A DNA stretch of 5,200 nt from a virus. Below, in pieces: positions 1 through 3,959 of this stretch. How positions within the stretch are numbered: position 1 is the stretch's first letter; the number at the start of each line of letters is the position of its first letter. Location: positions 1 to 5,200 of the IMG/VR virus record IMGVR_UViG_3300045988_055167; one strand, written 5' to 3'. The notes under the pieces are model-generated. The model was not told the origin of the DNA. It saw only the letters and a list, made by a program, of their open reading frames with translations, and made no database searches. The position numbers were made by a program, and so were the translations under genes.

Positions 1-119
1 ACAGACAACTCTCCGCAGGGAAATACTGCCGCCTATTCTCTTACAGCGGATAGCGATGGCTCATTTTTGAAATCGTTTACAGAACATGGTATGGTCATTG
101 GCGTTATGTGCGCGCGCTA
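1..119 (+). repeat. Terminal redundancy, copy 1: identical to 5082..5200. A circular-genome wrap, not a biological DTR.
   Basis: Base-by-base comparison of 1-119 with 5082-5200 shows 119/119 identity. The offset of 5081 nt keeps the VP1 reading frame continuous. Confidence 0.95.
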
Positions 120-558
120 CAAGCATACCTACCAGCAGGGATTAGATAAGCGTTTTACTCGCAAAACGCGTTTTGATTACTATTGGCCGCTTCTTGCAAA
201 TTTAGGAGAACAGCCTATTTTGAACCGTGAAATCTATGCGCAAGGAACTGAAAAAGACGGCGAGGTATTCGGTTATCAGGAAGCATGGAGTGAATACCGT
301 TATAAGCCTGATATTTGTACTTCCGAGATGCGTTCAACTTATCCTCAGTCTCTTGACGTGTGGCATTTTGGCGATAATTACAAAACGCTTCCTACTCTTT
401 CGTCTGGATGGATACAGGAGGATATGAATAATATTAACCGCGCTTTGGCTGTTTCTAGTTCTGTAAGCAATCAGTTTTTTGCTGATATTTATATCAAAAA
501 TAAAGCTACGCGTGTTATGCCTGTTTATTCAATCCCAGGCATGCCAAGGACTCTGTAA
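1..558 (+). CDS. VP1: Major capsid protein VP1, C-terminal 185 aa (continuation of 3960..5081 across the circular junction). Stop TAA at 556-558.
   Basis: Frame 1 is open from position 1. The ORF-track fragment 67..558 (..FTEHGMVIGVMCARYKHTYQQGLDKRFTRKTRFDYYWPLL...NRALAVSSSVSNQFFADIYIKNKATRVMPVYSIPGMPRTL) is typical of the Microviridae F-protein C-terminus. Positions 1-119 are identical to 5082-5200, so this is the same gene as 3960..5200. Confidence 0.9.
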   Translation, partial: TDNSPQGNTAAYSLTADSDGSFLKSFTEHGMVIGVMCARYKHTYQQGLDKRFTRKTRFDYYWPLLANLGEQPILNREIYAQGTEKDGEVFGYQEAWSEYRYKPDICTSEMRSTYPQSLDVWHFGDNYKTLPTLSSGWIQEDMNNINRALAVSSSVSNQFFADIYIKNKATRVMPVYSIPGMPRTL

Positions 559-577
559 GTTTTTGCTTTTTATCTTT

Positions 578-599
578 CGCCCAGGTTGCAACCTGGGCG
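578..599 (+). promoter_or_regulatory. Perfect 22-nt palindrome / stem-loop (CGCCCAGGTT-GC-AACCTGGGCG) 20 nt downstream of the VP1 stop. Possible leaky terminator or mRNA 3' stabiliser.
   Basis: cgcccaggttgcaacctgggcg equals its own reverse complement: 9-10 bp GC-rich stem, 2-4 nt loop. It is followed by acgTTATTTg, which is only weakly U-rich, and then the VP2 RBS. Confidence 0.45.
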
Positions 600-623
600 A
601 CGTTATTTGAAAGGAGATTTAAT

Positions 624-1442
624 ATGGTTGATCCTTTAAAAACTGCTAAGCAGTATGCGGCTTATAATAATTCGTTATATCAGTCTAATACTCGACAGGC
701 TCAAGCGTTCAACGCCGCTGAGGCGGCGAAGAACCGTGATTGGCAGGAGCGTATGTCCAATTCTGCACATCAAAGAGAAGTTGCGGATTTGAAAAAGGCA
801 GGCCTTAACCCCGTCCTGTCTGCAGGCGGTCAAGGTGCCGCTACAGGTTCAGGCGCATCTGCCTCTAGCGAAGCTGCGAATGTAGATACATCGATGCCTC
901 AAGCTGTCATTGACATGGCAGAAGCACAGTTATCTAGTGCTACCGCTTTACAGCAGACCGCAATGACTACGCAGTCTAATATGGCGCAAGCTGTTCTTAA
1001 GTCTAATACTGATAAATATGTTGCTGGTTTACAATACAAGCTTCAAAAATATAAGCATGATAATCCTTCTGCCGATACTGTTGGCGGACAGTTTTCTCGT
1101 TTTCCTGATTTCCTTAAAATTGCTACTAAGTCCACTTTGGATTTTGTTGACTGGGTTGGAAAAGGACTTGAGAAAGCTGGATTTGATACTACTGGTTCCA
1201 AGAAGAAGAAAGCCGTTACAGGCTCTTCTGCTCGTGGTGTTAAAGGTTATAAGAATATTGACGAACTCATTGCTGATATTCCTGTTTACGATGAAAAAGG
1301 TCGTTTGATTTCTGGCGGTAAACAGAGAAAGAATGAAGCTCGCTTGAATCTTGGCTCTAAGTCATCAAATTCACCACTTGGTAGTAAATATCGCTTTGAT
1401 ACAATGGCTAGGTATCGCAGTAGTAAAAAACGTAAAAAATAA
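624..1442 (+). CDS. VP2: VP2 minor capsid / DNA pilot protein (phiX174 H-like), 272 aa
   Basis: ATG 624 with GAAAGGAGAT (AGGAG 612-616, 7-nt spacer). Contains the box WQERMSNSAHQREVADLKKAGLNPVLSAGG, which I recall as the conserved core of gokushovirus VP2. The rest is Ala/Gln/Ser-rich and low-complexity with a polybasic C-terminal tail (SSKKRKK), as is typical of pilot proteins. Position is immediately downstream of VP1. Confidence 0.85.
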   Translation: MVDPLKTAKQYAAYNNSLYQSNTRQAQAFNAAEAAKNRDWQERMSNSAHQREVADLKKAGLNPVLSAGGQGAATGSGASASSEAANVDTSMPQAVIDMAEAQLSSATALQQTAMTTQSNMAQAVLKSNTDKYVAGLQYKLQKYKHDNPSADTVGGQFSRFPDFLKIATKSTLDFVDWVGKGLEKAGFDTTGSKKKKAVTGSSARGVKGYKNIDELIADIPVYDEKGRLISGGKQRKNEARLNLGSKSSNSPLGSKYRFDTMARYRSSKKRKK

Positions 1443-1451
1443 CACGACACG

Positions 1452-1650
1452 ACGAATTAAACGACGTGACGTGAATAATTCGTTTTTATTGATGTTTTCT
1501 AAAACGCAGGACTTGTTCCTGCGTTTCCCCTAGGGGACTGGGGGATGGAGTCCCCCAGCCGGCTCTGCCGGGCACCTTTCCCCTCTTGATGGAAAGGTGC
1601 TAGGTGACACCTAACTAACAGTTAGTGATCACCGCGGTGAGACCGCGCCG
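1452..1650 (+). promoter_or_regulatory. Cluster of at least six stem-loops in the VP2-VP4 intergenic region. Candidate complementary-strand origin and/or terminators.
   Basis: Hairpins read directly from the sequence: 1452-1459/1476-1483 (acgaatta/taattcgt, 8 bp, followed by TTTTTATT). 1502-1511/1517-1526 (aaacgcagga/tcctgcgttt, 10 bp, loop cttgt). Palindrome ccccTAgggg at 1527-1536. 1538-1545/1551-1558 (ctggggga/tcccccag, 8 bp, loop tggag). Palindrome agccggct at 1557-1564. 1572-1581/1591-1600 (gcacctttcc/ggaaaggtgc, 10 bp, 9-nt loop). Composite 1603-1633 (ggtga..ctaact-aac-agttag..tcacc). Palindrome tcaccgcggtga at 1629-1640 and cgcgg-tgaga-ccgcg at 1633-1647. This is a local GC-rich island. 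Confidence 0.55.
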
Positions 1651-1660
1651 TAAGGCTTAC

Positions 1661-1689
1661 TTGAAAATTATAGAAAGGATTGATATAAT
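1661..1689 (+). promoter_or_regulatory. Sigma70-like promoter consensus TTGAAA-N17-TATAAT overlapping the VP4 translation start. Functional status doubtful.
   Basis: ttgaaa 1661-1666, 17-nt spacer, tataat 1684-1689. The predicted TSS (about 1696) falls downstream of the VP4 ATG (1691), which is inconsistent with serving VP4 unless VP4 starts later. May be a chance match in AT-rich sequence. Confidence 0.2.
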
Positions 1690-1690
1690 T

Positions 1691-2701
1691 ATGACGTGCT
1701 ACCATCCATTAAAGGCGTTTGCTACAGGAGAAAGGACTAAAAATGGAAAGATTAGTTATATTGTTACTGGCTACGATGCGCAAGCTATTATCATTGACGG
1801 GAAAGGTCATCGTACTGTGGTTGATTATAATCCTGAGTCTCGTGGTGATAAAGTTCTTCGTGATCCCATAGAGATACCATGTGGTAAGTGTTTTGGCTGT
1901 CGTTTGAAGCGTGCTAGAGATTGGTCTGTTCGCATGATGCTCGAATCAGAGTATCATGATGAAAATTGGTTTGTTACGCTTACATATAATAATGAACATT
2001 TACCTATGAATGAGTATATTGATGATGATGGTGTTATTCAGTTGAAATCTACGCTTTGTAAGCGTGATCTTCAATTATTTTGGAAGCGTTTACGTAAAAA
2101 ACAAGATATCAGATATTATGCCTGTGGTGAGTATGGGACAAGGACTGCGCGCCCTCATTATCACGCTGTTATCTTTGGACTCCATCTTGATCCAGATCGG
2201 CTTGTTGAGTACCGTTCACAACCTTTTCAGTTATGGACTTGTCCTGAACTTGAGGAAATTTGGAAGTGCGGATATGTTGTAGTCGGCAAGGTTACTCAAG
2301 AATCTTGTGAATATACTGCTCGGTACTGCATGAAGAAGCTTAACGGCTCTGCCGCTGAAATTTACGATCAATTTAATTTTATTCCCGAATTTTCATCTAT
2401 GAGTTTAAAGCCCGCGATTGGTCGCCAATGGTTTGACGATCATGCTTTTGATATTTACCCAAAAGATGAAATTCAATTACCTAAAGGACGTTTAGTGACA
2501 CCACCTAGATATTTTGACCAGTGCATGGAAAAATTGGATGAGGATTTGATGGTATCCGTCAAGGATGAACGAAAGGACATCGCCGAAAAGCTTGAGCATG
2601 CTAGACTGCTTGAAACTGCTTTGTCTAAGAGTGATTATCTCAAGGTTGCAGAAGCGAATATGAAGCAAAAAATGAAGCGTAAAGTTCGCCCTCTTGATTA
2701 G
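1691..2701 (+). CDS. VP4: VP4 rolling-circle replication initiation protein (phiX174 A-like HUH endonuclease), 336 aa
   Basis: The ORF track starts at a TTG/GTG at 1625, but the conserved N-terminus MTCYHPLKAF (M-x-C-x-x-P-L) begins at ATG 1691, with AAAGGA at 1674-1679. Zinc-ribbon-like PCGKCFGCRL. RCR motif I FVTLTYN. Motif II PHYHAVIFG (HxH). Motif III EYTARYCMKK (YxxxY...K, dual catalytic tyrosines as in phiX A protein). Stop TAG 2699-2701. Confidence 0.9.
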   Translation: MTCYHPLKAFATGERTKNGKISYIVTGYDAQAIIIDGKGHRTVVDYNPESRGDKVLRDPIEIPCGKCFGCRLKRARDWSVRMMLESEYHDENWFVTLTYNNEHLPMNEYIDDDGVIQLKSTLCKRDLQLFWKRLRKKQDIRYYACGEYGTRTARPHYHAVIFGLHLDPDRLVEYRSQPFQLWTCPELEEIWKCGYVVVGKVTQESCEYTARYCMKKLNGSAAEIYDQFNFIPEFSSMSLKPAIGRQWFDDHAFDIYPKDEIQLPKGRLVTPPRYFDQCMEKLDEDLMVSVKDERKDIAEKLEHARLLETALSKSDYLKVAEANMKQKMKRKVRPLD

Positions 2702-2765
2702 TTTGAATTTTTTCAAAAATAATTATGCCTTAATTATTGATTATAGGAATAGTTTTTGATAAGAT

Positions 2766-2797
2766 AAGAGTAACAAAAATGTTGCTCTTATTTTTTT
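2766..2797 (+). terminator. Rho-independent terminator-like hairpin plus U-tract after VP4
   Basis: aagagtaac (2766-2774), loop aaaaat, then gttgctctt (2781-2789): a 9-bp stem with one G-U pair, followed by A then TTTTTTT (2791-2797). The RBS of the 78-aa ORF starts at 2798, immediately after the T-run, so the terminator must be leaky if it is real. Confidence 0.45.
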
Positions 2798-2810
2798 GAA
2801 AGGAGACGTT

Positions 2811-3047
2811 ATGAATGAAGAGAAAAAAAGTTGTCAGGAAATCGAAGGATCGGAAGTTGTTTCGCCGGACGGCGAACAAGACAAAGAAAATGAACGTCAG
2901 CCCGCCCACCTTCCGTGGAGGGATTCGTTTGTAAATTGGATGCATGATTATGGAGAGTTGATCTCGGAGATTGTCCTGATGTGTTGTGTAGCTGGTGTAT
3001 GTTATTCAATGGTTTGTTTAGTGGAAATCATTTCACTGTTTGCTTAA
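2811..3047 (+). CDS. Hypothetical small tail-anchored membrane protein, 78 aa. Acidic N-terminal domain plus a C-terminal Cys-rich hydrophobic helix.
   Basis: ATG 2811 preceded by GAAAGGAGAC (AGGAG 2801-2805, 5-nt spacer), the same 9-mer seen upstream of VP1 and VP2. The ORF-track start at 2796 is a TTG and less likely. Sequence MNEEKKSCQEIEGSEVVSPDGEQDKENERQPAHLPWRDSFVNWMHDYGELISEIVLMCCVAGVCYSMVCLVEIISLFA. Residues 53-78 form a predicted transmembrane segment. The stop TAA (3045-3047) is immediately followed by the AGGAGG RBS of the next gene, suggesting translational coupling. No homolog recalled. Confidence 0.55.
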   Translation: MNEEKKSCQEIEGSEVVSPDGEQDKENERQPAHLPWRDSFVNWMHDYGELISEIVLMCCVAGVCYSMVCLVEIISLFA

Positions 3048-3059
3048 GGAGGTCTATTG

Positions 3060-3335
3060 ATGAAAAGTCCTATTTTTACTGTAAAAGATAATTTAGTTGG
3101 TTTTAATTCGCCGTATATCCGTATGAATGAACGCGTTGCTATTCGCGAGTTTCGAACTATGATTGATGATCTCGATGATAAAGGCGATCATTCTGTTTTT
3201 GATTTAGGTTTGTACTGTGTTGGTACTTTTGATTTGGAGACAGGTGTTATTGAATCCCATGATCCGCAGGTCGTTCTTCTTGCTACGCAGTGGTTGACGT
3301 TATCTCCTAAAGAGGTAGGTGAGATTGATGATTAG
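3060..3335 (+). CDS. VP5: Conserved gokushovirus small protein (VP5-like), 91 aa
   Basis: ATG 3060 with AAGGAGG at 3046-3052 (7-nt spacer). The pattern IFTVKDNLVGFNSPY...AIREF...DLGLYCVGTFDLETGVI matches the F-x-V-x-D-N-x-x-G-x-F...A-I-R-x-F...P-x-D-F-x-L-x-x-x-G-x-F-D-x-x-T-G-x-I consensus I recall for the small ORF5/VP5 family of Gokushovirinae. Stop TAG 3333-3335 overlaps the VP3 start by 8 nt. Confidence 0.62.
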   Translation: MKSPIFTVKDNLVGFNSPYIRMNERVAIREFRTMIDDLDDKGDHSVFDLGLYCVGTFDLETGVIESHDPQVVLLATQWLTLSPKEVGEIDD

Positions 3336-3870
3336 AACTCTTTTTGGCATTTTGCAGGATATCCCAGAGATGCGCGTTACTGTTTTTTCGTCCGCTGGTT
3401 CGCCTGTTAAAGATAAGTTTATCATGGAGGTTACGTCCAAAGGATATCCGAGTTTACGTAAGACTGGACAGCATAATGTTTATGATGAAATTCAGAGTTA
3501 TCGCGAAGGATGTGACCTTGCGGCAATTCTTCAGTCTTTTGGTAATGAATGTCCTAGGTTTGATCCTCTTTGTTTTGAACAAGCGGAGGCGTTTGTAAAT
3601 GATTTCAGTGATGTTTCTAGTCTCGGCGATCTTGTCAATGACGGTGAAGCTGTCAAACAGTTCTTTAATGAGCTTCCGTTGGAGGTTCGTAACTGTTTTG
3701 ATAATAGCGTTCATAAATTTGCTCGTGATTTTACTGGTGAAGGATTCCTTCAGACTCTTAGGCAGGCGTTTAATGTGCCAGATACTCCAGAGCCTTCCCC
3801 GAATCCTCCGACCCCTAGTGAACTTAATCCTGACAGCGGCTCTGTTGATCCTGATTCTGGCACTGCTTAA
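3328..3870 (+). CDS. VP3: VP3 internal scaffolding protein, about 180 aa, acidic, with a Pro/Ser/Asp-rich C-terminal tail
   Basis: The ORF is open from 3319 (GTG), but ATG 3328 with GGTGAG 5 nt upstream is the preferred start, and the exact start is uncertain. The segment YREGCDLAAILQSFGNEC...FNELPLEVRNCFDNSVHKFARDF resembles the Chlamydia-phage VP3 core as I recall it (FKDECDINQILKKYQRTG...FLTLPAHIREKFGNDP). Net acidic. Lies directly upstream of VP1. Stop TAA 3868-3870. Confidence 0.7.
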   Translation: MIRTLFGILQDIPEMRVTVFSSAGSPVKDKFIMEVTSKGYPSLRKTGQHNVYDEIQSYREGCDLAAILQSFGNECPRFDPLCFEQAEAFVNDFSDVSSLGDLVNDGEAVKQFFNELPLEVRNCFDNSVHKFARDFTGEGFLQTLRQAFNVPDTPEPSPNPPTPSELNPDSGSVDPDSGTA

Positions 3871-3918
3871 TCTTATATTCATTATTATTGTGTTTTCCAT
3901 GTTTTTCATTTTTGGTTA

Positions 3919-3936
3919 AGGGGGCGGAAGCCCCCT
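3919..3936 (+). promoter_or_regulatory. GC-rich stem-loop with a GNRA-type loop (AGGGGGC-GGAA-GCCCCCT) between VP3 and VP1, 10 nt upstream of the VP1 RBS
   Basis: agggggc / gccccct form a 7-bp G/C stem with tetraloop ggaa. It shares the G5/C5 stem character of the 1538-1558 hairpin. Position is just downstream of the VP3 stop; may be a leaky terminator, an RNA stabiliser, or a protein/packaging recognition element. Confidence 0.45.
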
Positions 3937-3959
3937 CTTCCGTATAGAAAGGAGATCAA

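Noticed and set aside
1-119. Terminal direct repeats as a genuine DTR, LTR or transposon end
   Set aside because: The repeat lies inside the VP1 coding sequence and keeps its frame across the junction. This is the signature of a circular genome linearised with overlap, not a mobile-element terminus.
227-427. Short alternative-frame + strand ORFs overlapping VP1, VP2 or VP3 (227..427, 1351..1533, 3344..3598, 4936..5151)
   Set aside because: They lie inside or across well-supported genes in other frames, mostly with TTG or other non-ATG starts and no RBS. 1351..1533 merely reads through the hairpin spacer.
1018-1308. 96-aa hydrophobic +1-frame ORF inside VP2 (and the similar 72-aa ORF at 2064..2282 inside VP4)
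   Set aside because: Same codon-bias artefact as discussed for 3599..3919: T-rich third positions of the host gene give hydrophobic, stop-free +1 frames. No RBS. Kept only as context for the VP3-embedded ORF.
1625-1690. Upstream TTG/GTG start extending VP4 by 22 codons (ORF-track start 1625)
   Set aside because: The extension runs through the palindromic hairpin region and has no RBS. The conserved VP4 N-terminus (M-x-C-x-x-P-L) begins at ATG 1691.
2492-3009. Three short minus-strand ORFs (2492..2716, 2730..2945, 2809..3009)
   Set aside because: They are antisense to the VP4 tail, the terminator spacer and the 78-aa ORF. They are low-complexity, lack an RBS and sit on the wrong strand for this family.
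3454-3909. 151-aa Arg-rich ORF on the minus strand, antisense to VP3
   Set aside because: All recognisable genes are on the + strand, as in every known microvirus. The ORF has no RBS and is reverse-complement noise from a T-ending codon bias. Its basic composition initially looked J/ORF8-like, but it is on the wrong strand.
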